Assembly (NCBI GenBank): GCA_965116885.1
Contig: OZ220741.1
Coordinates: forward strand, 1,504,001-1,568,000
DNA from: Candidatus Latescibacterota bacterium
GTDB lineage: Bacteria > Latescibacterota > UBA2968
Direction of reading: 5' to 3'
DNA length: 64,000 bases
In this document: positions 18,812-32,107 of the stretch, piece after piece
Layout: the number at the start of each line of letters is the position of its first letter
How positions within the stretch are numbered: the stretch's first letter is position 1
The notes under the pieces: generated by a model
What the model saw: only the letters and a program-made list of their open reading frames with translations
Database searches by the model: none
What the model was told of the DNA's origin: nothing
Made by a program: the position numbers and the translations under genes

Positions 18812-19798
18812 ATGAAAAAATCTCACTGGATTATTTCCCCGTCTGTCGATTTGTGCTGTATTTCGCTCGGATGGCTGGTCTTTTTTGCCGCTCCTTATCT
18901 GCTCTCTGACTACAGTGAGACCTTCCGCCTCATTGCGGTCACGTCATTTGTAGCCCACCGGTATTTCACTTTTCCCCTCGTTTATCTCGACCGCATTGAA
19001 TTTGAACGGCGACGGCTGATTTATCTCATAACTCCGGTGCTGTGTCTGGGGTTCGTCGCTCTGTGTTACTATTTTCGGGTTGAAGAGCCCGAGATGTTCG
19101 CGTTCTGGTATCTTTTTAATTATTTCCATTTTGTTCGCCAAAAGTACGGCATTTTGCGGATTTATTCCGGGAAGGGACAATGGGGGCACAAACAACTCGA
19201 TGCCTGGACTTCATATCTCTGGGGCATTGCGGGGTTTGGGTATCTGTTTGCTTTTCAGGCCGATGTCGAAGGTCGCGTTATACATTATTTGCATACGCTC
19301 ATCGGCACGCCGCTTCCCTCTGTGGGGGCGCAGGGGATATATGTCGCGGCTATCGCTGTTACTATTGCGTGGCTTATTTACGAGTTTCGGGGCGCGCAGA
19401 TCAACTGGCCTAAGTTGCTTTTTTTTGTTTCGGTCGCGTTTATGTATGGCGTTGTGCCCATTTTGTCGTCAGAAGCGCTTTTTATTGCGACCAGCTTTAG
19501 CCATGCGGCGGAATATATCGCCCTTGTTGCGCTTACGGTTCACAATAAGGCAAAACTCGATGCGTTTGCGTCGCCTGTGCTGACGCGAGCGGGAAAGCGT
19601 ATTGTTCCCTATACTGCGGGTTTTATTGTTGTGGTCAGCGGCTTGTTATACGGTCTCAAATTTCTTTCTCTTCCGATTTTTCTGGTCTTTACGTATGGCA
19701 CGTCGTTTATGCACTTTATCTACGATGGCATGATCTGGAAGTTGCGTCGTCCCCGGGTTGCGCGGGAGGTTGGCGCGGCGATGAGCGATGGACGATGA
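18812..19798 (+). CDS. Uncharacterised polytopic membrane protein with His motifs
   Basis: Multiple TM helices; AHRYFT, HFVRQKYG, SHAAEY, HFIYDGMIWK. Confidence 0.75.
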   Translation: MKKSHWIISPSVDLCCISLGWLVFFAAPYLLSDYSETFRLIAVTSFVAHRYFTFPLVYLDRIEFERRRLIYLITPVLCLGFVALCYYFRVEEPEMFAFWYLFNYFHFVRQKYGILRIYSGKGQWGHKQLDAWTSYLWGIAGFGYLFAFQADVEGRVIHYLHTLIGTPLPSVGAQGIYVAAIAVTIAWLIYEFRGAQINWPKLLFFVSVAFMYGVVPILSSEALFIATSFSHAAEYIALVALTVHNKAKLDAFASPVLTRAGKRIVPYTAGFIVVVSGLLYGLKFLSLPIFLVFTYGTSFMHFIYDGMIWKLRRPRVAREVGAAMSDGR

Positions 19799-19834
19799 GA
19801 CCTACCCCCGGCCCCTTCCTACAAGGAAGGGGAG
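19799..19834 (+). repeat. Solo C-tail/hairpin repeat (BoxC-like)
   Basis: GACCTACCCCCGG-CCCCTTCCT-ACA-AGGAAGGGG-AG, near-identical to 58880..58917. Confidence 0.85.
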
Positions 19835-19892
19835 CAAAGCGGATGGGTGTGCCTGTCCTGAGCCATGCCCTGAAGCGAAGGGCAAATAAAAA

Positions 19893-23057
<3,165 letters not shown>

Positions 23058-23061
<4 letters not shown>

Positions 23062-23360
23062 ATATATCTGAAGAAATTGGCACCAAATTGCTTTTTGAAA
23101 ACGACCGCGTGCGCGTTTGGGATCTCGCGCTTGCCCCGGGCGAGAGTACGGGCATGCACCGGCACGAGAATGACTATTTGTACGTGGTTATCGGCGGGGG
23201 GACTCTTCAGGGCGTTTCTTCAGAGGGGGCCAAACGCGAGGCCCGTGATATGGCGGATGGGCAGGTGCAATGGCGAGATGTCGATGGCGAAGATGTTCAC
23301 GAGGCTATCAATGTGGGGGATGGCCCCTGGCGGAATATTATTGTGGAGTTAAAGAAATAA
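23058..23360 (+). CDS. Cupin domain protein
   Basis: LLFENDRVRVW, LAPGESTGMHRH, HEAINVG, IVELK. Confidence 0.88.
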
Positions 23361-23395
23361 AAAAAGCGGGCACACAATCGTGCCCGCTTTTTTTT
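23359..23395. terminator. Bidirectional intrinsic terminator
   Basis: A-tract-GCGGGCAC-ACAATC-GTGCCCGC-T-tract between convergent genes. Confidence 0.92.
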
Positions 23396-23399
23396 GTCC

Positions 23400-25394
23400 C
23401 TACCGGTTGGCGAGGAGGTCGTCAACGACGGTTGGGTCGGCGAGGGTGGAGGTGTCGCCGAGGTCCGAGGTGTCGTCTTCGGCGATTTTGCGCAGGATTC
23501 GGCGCATGATTTTGCCCGATCGCGTTTTGGGCAAGCCCGGTGCCCAGTGGATTACGTCCGGGGTGGCGATGGGGCCAATTTCTGTGCGGACTTGTTGGAC
23601 GAGTTCGGCTTTGAGGTCGTCGGTATAGGCTTCGCCTACGTTGAGGGTGACGTAGGCATAGATGCCCTGTCCTTTGATTTCGTGCGGGAAGCCGACTACA
23701 GCGGCTTCGGCCACTTTGGCGTGTGAGACCAGGGCGCTTTCGACTTCGGCGGTGCCCATGCGGTGGCCCGAGATATTGATGACGTCATCTACGCGGCCGG
23801 TGATCCAGTAGTAGCCGTCTTCGTCTCGACGACAGCCATCACCGGTGAAGTAGAAGCCTTTGTATTGCTGAAAGTAGGTTTCTTCAAAGCGTTTGTGATC
23901 CCCATAGACGGTGCGCATTTGTCCCGGCCAGGGTTCTGAGATGGCGAGTACGCCATCGACGCCATTGCCATCGATGATTTTGCCCGATTCGGGTTCGAGG
24001 ACCACGGGTTTGATGCCGTAGAGGGGAAAGGTCGCCGATCCGGGTTTGGTGGGGGTTGCGCCGGGCAGAGGACTGATGAGGATGCCTCCGGTTTCGGTTT
24101 GCCACCAGGTATCTACGATGGGGCATCGCTCTCGCCCGACATTGCGGTGATACCATTGCCAGGCTTCGGGGTTGATGGGTTCGCCCACTGTGCCGAGTAT
24201 TTTGAGGGATGACAGGTCGTATTTGGCGGGCCATTCGTCGCCTTCTCGGGTGAGGGCGCGTATGGCTGTGGGCGCGGTGTAGAATTGGTTGACTTTGTAT
24301 TTGTCGATGACTTGCCAATATCGGCCTGGATCGGGATAGACAGGCGTGCTTTCAAACATGATGGTGGTGGCGGCATTTGATAGAGGCCCATAAATGATGT
24401 AGGAGTGGCCTGTGACCCAGCCTATGTCGGCGGCGCAAAAGTAGATGTCGCCGTCCTGATAGTCAAAGACGTTTTTGTGCGTGTAGCCCGTGTACACCAT
24501 GTAGCCACCCACGTTGTGCTGCACGCCTTTGGGTTTGCCCGTGGAGCCAGATGTGTAGAGGATGAAGAGGGGGTCTTCGGCGTCCATTTCTTCGCATGGG
24601 CAGTCGGCATCAGCTTCTGACATGGCTTCGTGCCACCATAAGTCGCGTCCCTCTTGCATGGGACATGCGATGCCACTGTCTTCGCCCACGCGCTGGACGA
24701 CGATGCAGGTGTGAACGCTGGTGTTGCCCATGCGCGAGTTGGCCAGTGCAATGGCTTCGTCGGCGGGTTGTTTGCGTTCCATGGGGCGGTCGCCGCGGAA
24801 CATGCCATCTGTGGTGAGTACGATCTGACAGGCGGAATCGACGATGCGGTCTGCCAATGCTTCGGCTGAGAAGCCGCCAAAGACGATGGAGTGGACGGCG
24901 CCGATGCGCGCGCAGGCCAGCATGGCGATGGCGAGTTCGGGGATCATGGGCATATAGATGGAGACACAGTCGCCTTTTTTTACGCCTCGGGATTTGAGTA
25001 CGTTGGCAAATTTGCAGACTTGTTCGTGCAGTTCACTGTAGGTGAGTTTGGCGTCTTCACCAGGCTCATTGCCTTCCCAAATGATGGCGATTTGATCTCC
25101 TCGAGACGCGAGGTGACGGTCGATGCAGTTGTACGTGACGTTGGTTGTGGCTCCTTCAAACCACTTGATAGAGATTGGTCCGTTATCTATATTGTAGTTG
25201 TAGGATCGCACGGTGTCCCATTTTTTGTACCAGTGGAATGTATCGGCGATTTCCGCCCAGAATGCTTCGGGATCGGCAATCGATTTTTCGTATTGTTTCC
25301 CATAGGCATCTATGCTGGGGACATGTGCATTGGTGCTGAGATTTTGCGGTGGGATGTATTTTCCGTTTTGTTCGACCACCTGATTTGCTGCCAT
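23400..25394 (-). CDS. acs: Acetate-CoA ligase
   Basis: [37 protein letters not shown]; start MAANQ after AGAAAGCGAGG. Confidence 0.97.
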   Translation of the reverse strand: MAANQVVEQNGKYIPPQNLSTNAHVPSIDAYGKQYEKSIADPEAFWAEIADTFHWYKKWDTVRSYNYNIDNGPISIKWFEGATTNVTYNCIDRHLASRGDQIAIIWEGNEPGEDAKLTYSELHEQVCKFANVLKSRGVKKGDCVSIYMPMIPELAIAMLACARIGAVHSIVFGGFSAEALADRIVDSACQIVLTTDGMFRGDRPMERKQPADEAIALANSRMGNTSVHTCIVVQRVGEDSGIACPMQEGRDLWWHEAMSEADADCPCEEMDAEDPLFILYTSGSTGKPKGVQHNVGGYMVYTGYTHKNVFDYQDGDIYFCAADIGWVTGHSYIIYGPLSNAATTIMFESTPVYPDPGRYWQVIDKYKVNQFYTAPTAIRALTREGDEWPAKYDLSSLKILGTVGEPINPEAWQWYHRNVGRERCPIVDTWWQTETGGILISPLPGATPTKPGSATFPLYGIKPVVLEPESGKIIDGNGVDGVLAISEPWPGQMRTVYGDHKRFEETYFQQYKGFYFTGDGCRRDEDGYYWITGRVDDVINISGHRMGTAEVESALVSHAKVAEAAVVGFPHEIKGQGIYAYVTLNVGEAYTDDLKAELVQQVRTEIGPIATPDVIHWAPGLPKTRSGKIMRRILRKIAEDDTSDLGDTSTLADPTVVDDLLANR

Positions 25395-25507
25395 CGGGGT
25401 TCCTCGCTTTCTTACGTGAATGTCATTAATTTTAGGATTTGGGGTGATGAATATAAGACGGGATTGACAAGGGCGCAATGCGGAAAAACAGGCGGCGCGT
25501 ATTTTTG

Positions 25508-25535
25508 GGAACCCTGAGGGCGTATGAAGGGTTTA
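25508..25535 (+). promoter_or_regulatory. Possible ECF-sigma (autoregulatory) promoter
   Basis: GGAAC-N17-GGTTT upstream of the ECF sigma gene. Confidence 0.4.
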
Positions 25536-25603
25536 ATAGTAGGATTGAGGATATAAAGCTTTGGGAAGGGAGGGGGAATACATGCCCGAAGGGGAGGGAT
25601 TCC

Positions 25604-26215
25604 ATGCTTATGGCAAATTCGAGATATGGACTGGGCGAACAGTCAGATGTGGATATTTTAGCTGAGGTATCTGCTGGAGATATTGATGCTTATGGAAAAA
25701 TTGTGCGGCGCTATCAAGGGCGGTTGTACAATTTTGTTTTTCGCTTTGTGGGCGATCGGGAAACAGCAGAGGATATCGTACAAGAGGCGTTTTTGCGTGC
25801 GTTTGGAAAGCGCGAGGAATATCGCGCCATTGCCAATTTTTCTACATGGCTATTTACGATTGCCGGAAATTTGGCCAAAAGTGAACTGAGAAGGCGCAAG
25901 CGATGGCGGTTGTTTTCACTGCATCGAGACGAGGAGTCAGATACGGGCATGGAATTGCCCGATGAATCTATGCGTCCCGATCGCGTGGCGGAATCTTCTC
26001 TGGTTGATGTGGAGATTCAGAAAGCTATTGCTTCGTTGCCCGATAATTACCGCCAGGTGATTTTGTTGCGCGATGTGGAAGGTATGTCATATTATGAAAT
26101 TTCTGAAATTGTGAAGTGTCCGGTTGGGACGGTGAAATCGCGCGTCAATCGCGGGCGCTTAAAATTACAACAAAAATTGAAAAATGAAGGTCGGGATGTG
26201 GGCCTGAATGTCTAA
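25604..26215 (+). CDS. ECF RNA polymerase sigma factor (RpoE-like)
   Basis: AEDIVQEAF, FSTWLFTIA, LRDVEGMSY, GTVKSRVNRGR. Confidence 0.95.
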   Translation: MLMANSRYGLGEQSDVDILAEVSAGDIDAYGKIVRRYQGRLYNFVFRFVGDRETAEDIVQEAFLRAFGKREEYRAIANFSTWLFTIAGNLAKSELRRRKRWRLFSLHRDEESDTGMELPDESMRPDRVAESSLVDVEIQKAIASLPDNYRQVILLRDVEGMSYYEISEIVKCPVGTVKSRVNRGRLKLQQKLKNEGRDVGLNV

Positions 26216-26253
26216 GATATCCCGGAAACCCTGTTCGGAGGTAAAATATAGAC

Positions 26254-26850
26254 ATGACCGTTACTGATTTTGAAGCGCGAGTTTCGGCTTATGTAGATGG
26301 TGAAATGAGTCCGGTTGAGATGGCAGAAATGGAGCGCAAAGCTGCCGAGTGCGAGCATTGTCGCATTTTGTTAGCCGATGTGCAGGCTTTGAAGGAGCGC
26401 ATGGCGCAATTGCCAAAGGTTCTCCCATCGGCTGAGTTTGATTTTACCCTGCGTAGCCATTTGGCGATGGCTGTTTCAAAAGAAAAACAGCTTTTGCACA
26501 AAGCGCAGCGCACAATGTTCTCTTCTGTCTCACGGACCATTACAACGCTGGCTGCGGCTGTGGTGATCGGTCTGGGGCTGACCCAGATGGTTTTCTATGG
26601 CGATACAACACCTATCCCACAAGTGGCAGTGGAGCGTCCGGAAATTCCATTGGTGCCGGGCGAGAGATTGCCGAATGTTGATGTGGGTGCTCTGGAATTG
26701 GAGCGTTTGTCCAAGGAGTCTTATAGTCTGGATTCTCGTCATTATCGGGACTCGGCGCGTGTGGATTCCGCATCTCAGTTGAAGCAGCGGCCATCGAATA
26801 TGCGCGACCTGCGCGATGTGAAACAGGTTCCCGTTTCGTATTCATTTTGA
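26254..26850 (+). CDS. Membrane-anchored anti-sigma factor (zf-HC2-like)
   Basis: SAYVDGEM..CEHC, then one TM helix; follows the ECF sigma. Confidence 0.85.
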   Translation: MTVTDFEARVSAYVDGEMSPVEMAEMERKAAECEHCRILLADVQALKERMAQLPKVLPSAEFDFTLRSHLAMAVSKEKQLLHKAQRTMFSSVSRTITTLAAAVVIGLGLTQMVFYGDTTPIPQVAVERPEIPLVPGERLPNVDVGALELERLSKESYSLDSRHYRDSARVDSASQLKQRPSNMRDLRDVKQVPVSYSF

Positions 26851-26882
26851 CGTTGACTCGACAAGTGGAGAGAGGCGGGGTC

Positions 26883-27995
26883 ATGAGATCTTTGTGTTGC
26901 GCAATGGCGTTGTGTCTGCTTGTTATAGGCAAGGGATGGACAGAAGAACGCAGCCTATTGTGCGCGCTTGAAGAGGAAATTGCGGCAATTTTGGAAGATA
27001 ATCGGCAGAGCGTGGTGCGGATTCACACGCTGTATCCCCGTGCGCGGGCAGATAGCGAATCGTTTGGTTCGGTGTTTACCCACGGTACGGGGTTTATTTT
27101 TGATCCCCAGGGTTATATTTTAACGATTGAAGCCGCTATTGCAGATGCCGATGAGATTCGGGTGACGCTCGCTTCTGGCGTGCAGGTGCGGGCTGCGCTC
27201 GTGGGGGCAGATCCGATTTCGGGGATTGCTGTTATTCGCGTTGAGGCAGAAAATTTGCCCACAGTTGTGGTGGGAGATTCACAGCATATTAAAATTGGGC
27301 ATTATGCCCTTTTGTTGGGCAATGACTTTGGCAATCTGGTGCCTGCTGTTGGGATGGTGCACGAAATCTATCGGGATACGGATTTGTTTCAGGTGTCGGC
27401 CCGCGTGCAGAGCAGTTATGGCGGGGCACCTGTGTTTTGCAGCAATGGACGGGTTGGGGGTCTGGTGTGGCGCTATGAAGACCCGGTTCGCGCTGTTGGA
27501 CAAGACAATAGCCCGCTATTTGGATGGGGTTCCATGCCGTCATCTGTTTTTGTTATTCCGATCAATCGCGCGATGCGGGTGGCGCGTGCATTGGTCGCAC
27601 ATGGGCAGATGGCGTATGGCAAATTGGGTGTGGAGGTTGCACCACGAGACAACGAGGTGGTGGTGGTCAATGTACAGCCCAATAGTCCTGCAACTGAGGG
27701 CGGGATTCAGCCAGGCGATGTGGTGCTTTCATATCGGGGACGTGCGATTGGTGGTCCGGTGCATTTGAAGCGGATGGTGCTGGAAAGTACGCCGGGTGAG
27801 ACCGCAACGCTGGGTATTCGACGCAAGGGACGGGTGGTGGCGATACAGGTCGAGTTGGATCAGATGGATAGCTCTGCTCTGGTTGCTTTGCGTCCGACAC
27901 CTCTGATAGAGCCAAAAGACGCAGCGGTTTATCAACACATGAGTTATTTGCAACGCGAATTCGGGCGTTTGTGGCAAATTTTGCATCGCAAGTAG
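26883..27995 (+). CDS. HtrA/DegP-like trypsin + PDZ protein, catalytic triad absent
   Basis: Signal peptide, GTGFIFD, LVGAD, GDS, PDZ (VQPNSPA..GIQPGDVV). Confidence 0.85.
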   Translation: MRSLCCAMALCLLVIGKGWTEERSLLCALEEEIAAILEDNRQSVVRIHTLYPRARADSESFGSVFTHGTGFIFDPQGYILTIEAAIADADEIRVTLASGVQVRAALVGADPISGIAVIRVEAENLPTVVVGDSQHIKIGHYALLLGNDFGNLVPAVGMVHEIYRDTDLFQVSARVQSSYGGAPVFCSNGRVGGLVWRYEDPVRAVGQDNSPLFGWGSMPSSVFVIPINRAMRVARALVAHGQMAYGKLGVEVAPRDNEVVVVNVQPNSPATEGGIQPGDVVLSYRGRAIGGPVHLKRMVLESTPGETATLGIRRKGRVVAIQVELDQMDSSALVALRPTPLIEPKDAAVYQHMSYLQREFGRLWQILHRK

Positions 27996-28011
27996 ATGCG
28001 TACAGTAAACG

Positions 28012-28052
28012 AAAAAAAGCGGTGGTCTTCGGATCGCCGCTTTTTTATTTTT
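28012..28052 (+). terminator. Intrinsic terminator
   Basis: AAAAAAAGCGGTGGTC-TTCG-GATCGCCGCTTTTTT. Confidence 0.9.
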
Positions 28053-28103
28053 TAATGGTTTGCTCTCTTCGACGAATCGTTACCATACCAAAGGAGTTGA
28101 TCC

Positions 28104-29900
28104 ATGCTTAGTCCCGCGCCTATTGCTGATTTTTCACCCGCTGATTTTGCCGATAGAGAACTCGATTTGCCCTATTATTTGTCGCATTTTCATCGGGTTG
28201 CCAATGCTGTTGAGATGGATGGTCTGGATCGCGGCTTTATCAATATTTCGGTCTGGCGGAATCCGAAGGATAACAAACCGCACAATGCGCGTATTATGGA
28301 AAATATTCTCGCGCTGGCCTTCTTTTTTTGCACCGACCGCCCCTGGAATGTGTTTTACGCGCAGCCCGACCTGCGCCAACGTCTCGAGGCTGCTCTTGAC
28401 TTCTGGTGTGGCATTCAAAATGGAGATGGGCGTTTTAGCGAATACGGTCCCGGCAATTGGAATCTCGCCGCCACAGCTTTTGCCACAAAGTTTATGGGGC
28501 AAACCCTCCATCTGCTCGACAGCGGCCCGGACATTGATTCAGCTCTGCACGAGCACGTTATCGCTGCTGACCGCAAAGCACTCTACGCCACTTTTACTAT
28601 AGATGAGTTGCAAACCCATGGTCGCAACTTTACCAATCAGTACGCCAATGCCTGGGGCGGCGCGCTGGCGTATCTCAACCTCTTTCCCGATGCAGAAATC
28701 GAGCGTTTGCTCGATCAGCGTCTCGAAGAGAGTTTGACGGAATTTCAGAGTCCAGCGGGTTATTTTTACGAGCGCAGCGGTCCCGATTGGGGCTATTTTC
28801 TCGGTACTCACCACAGCGATATCCACGTTGCGTATCACTATGCTCGCGGTACGGATCGGGCGTCCGTTTTTCTGAAAAAAGAACGGTGCTGGTACGATTG
28901 GTTTTCCTACAATGCGGTGCGCGAACCCGATGGTACGGGTTACGCGCTCAACCGCGGTATTGAAACCCGCCAGCAGAGAGCTTTTCTCACTGAGTACCGC
29001 GCCAATCTCGGCGGTGCCGAGAGGTCTAATTCTGGGGATATCGACACGACTGCGCTCGGTGAAGTACTCGAGTTACCCCGCGCTTATGGGCGCACGGCTG
29101 GGGCACATGCACGGGATATTGCAGATGCGCGCGCCCGCCTTGAAGCCAATTGGCCCACTGTTGCGCCGCTTCAGGTCGGTGAATTTTGGGCTTTTACGCC
29201 TTATGCGTTTTTGCACCGAGATCACATTGCATGGTATCCCAAGCTGGATCAAAAAAAAGCGGCCACTGCGACATTGCCGTATATCGCACGAGACCACTTT
29301 ACACACCAGCGGGGTGACAGTCGCCATCCAGTCGTTTTTACGTTTGTTCGTCGTCCAACCTATTATGCTGCTTTTAATACGGGGCCTGTGCTGAGTGCCC
29401 AACAGCGGTATGGGCTGGGGTTGCTCTGGCATCCTCGCGCTGGTGCTGTTCTGCAATCCCAAACGGATACAGACCATGCTTCCTGGGGGACGGTTGTCAA
29501 TCATACGCTCTGCGAAAAGGCCGATATTGCCGCTGCTTTTCGGATTGATGGGGTTCCGGTCATACCGCGACCCGGTATCCGCGACCTGCCCGATGGCAAT
29601 CTCGAGATTACCTATCCTCTGGGTGGAACCGGCAGCAAGACGATTATCTTTGCCAGCGATGCGATCACCGTTTCTGTCAATTACCCCGGTGCATTTACCG
29701 AGGTTCTCCCGCTTTTGAAAGGAGAAATGGACAGAATAGAGAACGGAGCGGTTCTCACGCGCGGTGATGTTTCGCTCTGTATTGAAACCGAAAGCGTGCT
29801 CACTTTTTCCGATACCGATCTCAAGTCCGGCGACCGCCAGGTCGTGACAGCTCGCATTGATGCTGAAAATACCTTGACTTATCGCATCGCGTTTCGGTGA
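28104..29900 (+). CDS. Uncharacterised protein (possible alpha/alpha toroid + beta domain)
   Basis: 598-aa ORF with AAGGAG RBS; QNGDGRF and QSPAGYFYE toroid-like turns; function not recognised. Confidence 0.75.
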   Translation: MLSPAPIADFSPADFADRELDLPYYLSHFHRVANAVEMDGLDRGFINISVWRNPKDNKPHNARIMENILALAFFFCTDRPWNVFYAQPDLRQRLEAALDFWCGIQNGDGRFSEYGPGNWNLAATAFATKFMGQTLHLLDSGPDIDSALHEHVIAADRKALYATFTIDELQTHGRNFTNQYANAWGGALAYLNLFPDAEIERLLDQRLEESLTEFQSPAGYFYERSGPDWGYFLGTHHSDIHVAYHYARGTDRASVFLKKERCWYDWFSYNAVREPDGTGYALNRGIETRQQRAFLTEYRANLGGAERSNSGDIDTTALGEVLELPRAYGRTAGAHARDIADARARLEANWPTVAPLQVGEFWAFTPYAFLHRDHIAWYPKLDQKKAATATLPYIARDHFTHQRGDSRHPVVFTFVRRPTYYAAFNTGPVLSAQQRYGLGLLWHPRAGAVLQSQTDTDHASWGTVVNHTLCEKADIAAAFRIDGVPVIPRPGIRDLPDGNLEITYPLGGTGSKTIIFASDAITVSVNYPGAFTEVLPLLKGEMDRIENGAVLTRGDVSLCIETESVLTFSDTDLKSGDRQVVTARIDAENTLTYRIAFR

Positions 29901-29931
29901 ACGGGTTTGAGAATTGGTTTATCTGACACAC

Positions 29932-29971
29932 AAAAACGCCCCGGCAAAACGATGCTGGGGCGTTTTCTTTT
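29932..29971. terminator. Bidirectional intrinsic terminator
   Basis: AAAAACGCCCCGGCA-loop-TGCTGGGGCGTTTT between convergent genes. Confidence 0.85.
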
Positions 29972-29979
29972 ACGCAACC

Positions 29980-31104
29980 TTACGCGCGGTGTTTGGCAAC
30001 GACTGATTCGTCGAGTTCGACGCCCAGACCAGGTCCTGTTGGCGGGGTAATATAGCCGCTTTCAAATTGGATTGGTTCTATGAATATTTCGCTGTGGAGA
30101 TCGTTGGCATTGAATTCCTGGATTAAGAAATTCGGCGAGCAGGTGTCGAGTTGCACTGCGGCTGCTGCTGCGACGGGTCCGCAATACATGTGGGGGGCGA
30201 TGAGGGCGTAGTGGGCTTCGGCCATGCTGGCGATTTTTTTGGATTCCAATATGCCGCCACATTGTCCCACATCTAATTGGAGGATTTGTGCGGCCTGTTT
30301 TTTGAGGAGTTCGGCAAATTCGTATTTGGTGACGAGCCGTTCGCCCGTGGCTATAGGGATGCTGGTGTGGGCGGCGACGCGGGCCATTTCGTCGATGTTT
30401 TCCGGGGGGACGGGTTCCTCAAACCAGAAGGGGCTAAATTCTTCCAGTTCTTTTGCCACGCGGATTGCGCCAGATGTGCTGAATTGTCCGTGGGTGCCGA
30501 TGCCGATTTCCAGTTCGTCGCCGACCGCGTCCCGGATGCTTTTGAATATTTTGGCGACGTGGCTAATGGTTTTGAGTGGGAAGTCGCGCGGATTGGGAAA
30601 GATCGGGTGGAAGGGGTCGAATTTGCAGGCGGTGTTTCCGTCCTCAACCAGGCGGGTCGCGATTTCACCTGCGCGTTCTGGATTTTCCCAGATGCCGTCG
30701 GTCGGCATATAGGCATAAGCCCTGAGTTTGTCGTGAACCCTGCCGCCGAGCAGATTGTAGATGGGCTGGTTTAATGCTTTGCCTACGATGTCCCAACACG
30801 CCATTTCAATGGCGCTCAAGGCGGGTGTTGCGTCGAGGCCGGGATGGCGGTAGTCGTGCCGGGATGCAAAGATGCGCTGCCACAGGCTTTCGATGTCAAA
30901 GGGGCTTGTGTCGATGGCGAATTGCTGGCAGAGGTTTTTGATGAGGCTGATTTGGGCGTCCAGATTGGTGGCATTTCCCGAGGGTCGCTCACCCAATCCC
31001 ACGATGCCTTCGTCGGTGATGAGTTGAATAAAGAGCCAGTATCGCCCCCCGCGATAGGGCTGGATGTTTTTAATTACGATGGTTTCTACATCGGTGATTT
31101 TCAT
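29980..31104 (-). CDS. Mandelate racemase/enolase superfamily enzyme (acid-sugar dehydratase-like)
   Basis: MKITDVET, TDEGIVGLGE, AIEMACWDIVGK, WFEEP, IATGER, PGLGVELD. Confidence 0.92.
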   Translation of the reverse strand: MKITDVETIVIKNIQPYRGGRYWLFIQLITDEGIVGLGERPSGNATNLDAQISLIKNLCQQFAIDTSPFDIESLWQRIFASRHDYRHPGLDATPALSAIEMACWDIVGKALNQPIYNLLGGRVHDKLRAYAYMPTDGIWENPERAGEIATRLVEDGNTACKFDPFHPIFPNPRDFPLKTISHVAKIFKSIRDAVGDELEIGIGTHGQFSTSGAIRVAKELEEFSPFWFEEPVPPENIDEMARVAAHTSIPIATGERLVTKYEFAELLKKQAAQILQLDVGQCGGILESKKIASMAEAHYALIAPHMYCGPVAAAAAVQLDTCSPNFLIQEFNANDLHSEIFIEPIQFESGYITPPTGPGLGVELDESVVAKHRA

Positions 31105-31130
31105 GGGTGATGTGCTCCTGTGCTGGTGTG

Positions 31131-32096
31131 TTAATGATGAACGGTCAGTTTCTCTTTGATTACACGGCATTGCCAGAATGCTTTGTTGCGCCATCCGAAT
31201 TGCCACGGGTGCGATGTTGTGAATCGCTGTGGCAAGGCTTCGTATAGCAAGGCGAGTGTTTGTACGGTGGCTGCGAATTGATGGGTGTCCTGTTTGTCGC
31301 GTTCTGCGTGCGCTTTGTAATAGGAGATGAGTACATCTGCTGTGCGGTGTAGCGCGGCGTTTGCTTCTGTCTCGCGCCACCCGATGGCTTTTGGCAGTCG
31401 CGATAGCAGATAGACCGCGTCCATGGTTGAAAAGTTGGGGCTTCCGTGCCAGAAGCCGTTCTTTTCCTGGAGAGTTAGCATGGCATCTATGATTTTCTCA
31501 GGTTGTGGTGGGAGTTTGTCCATTCCGGTGTAGATCAGGCTGTAGGCAAATGTGCGGCTGATGTTGGTGGGTTCTTCAGCGGGCCATGTTCCCAGTGTGG
31601 GGTGCTGTTGTGCGGCGAGTTCGTCGAAGAAAGCGTTGATCCAGGCGGGGTCTGGATGGCTGACGAGCATAGGGACGCGCGCGAGTACTTCGTGATGGGT
31701 GTCGCCCGATGCTTTCCACGTTTTGAACCACTGGCGGAGTCCGGCGACGGTTGTTGCGCTGCGCTGGTCGTCGGGGAATTTCAGGACCTGAGCACCCAGC
31801 ATGTTGAGTGCGCGAACTGCGTTCCAGAACGCGATTCCCCGCCTGTCTGAGGGCGGGAAGGCAAAGGATCCGTCCTGTTCGCTCTGTTGCGATTGGATCC
31901 AGGCGACCCATTTTGCGCGGTCAAGCGCGACTGCGTCGAGCGCGTTCATGCTGTACAGGATATAGGTGATGAAAAGGGTGCTCGGGAGACTGGGCGCGGG
32001 TGTGTCGCCATTGCGAAAGGCGCCGGTGTCCGGGAGGTAGAGGGATTCCGCCCAGGCGATCAAATCGTCGCGGATGGGGTTGAGGGAGATTGTCAT
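31131..32096 (-). CDS. Uncharacterised protein with prenyltransferase-like (QW) repeats
   Basis: WIQSQQSEQDGSF, QQHPTLGTW, LQEKNGFW. Confidence 0.65.
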   Translation of the reverse strand: MTISLNPIRDDLIAWAESLYLPDTGAFRNGDTPAPSLPSTLFITYILYSMNALDAVALDRAKWVAWIQSQQSEQDGSFAFPPSDRRGIAFWNAVRALNMLGAQVLKFPDDQRSATTVAGLRQWFKTWKASGDTHHEVLARVPMLVSHPDPAWINAFFDELAAQQHPTLGTWPAEEPTNISRTFAYSLIYTGMDKLPPQPEKIIDAMLTLQEKNGFWHGSPNFSTMDAVYLLSRLPKAIGWRETEANAALHRTADVLISYYKAHAERDKQDTHQFAATVQTLALLYEALPQRFTTSHPWQFGWRNKAFWQCRVIKEKLTVHH

Positions 32097-32107
32097 GCGG
32101 TTCTCAT

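Noticed and set aside
25394..25603. N-terminal extensions of acs and the ECF sigma in the ORF track (likewise at 6536, 8813, 11649, 21104, 31380, 51983, 52575, 55107)
   Set aside because: Downstream starts have better RBS context and match family N-termini; the extensions overlap promoters or neighbouring genes
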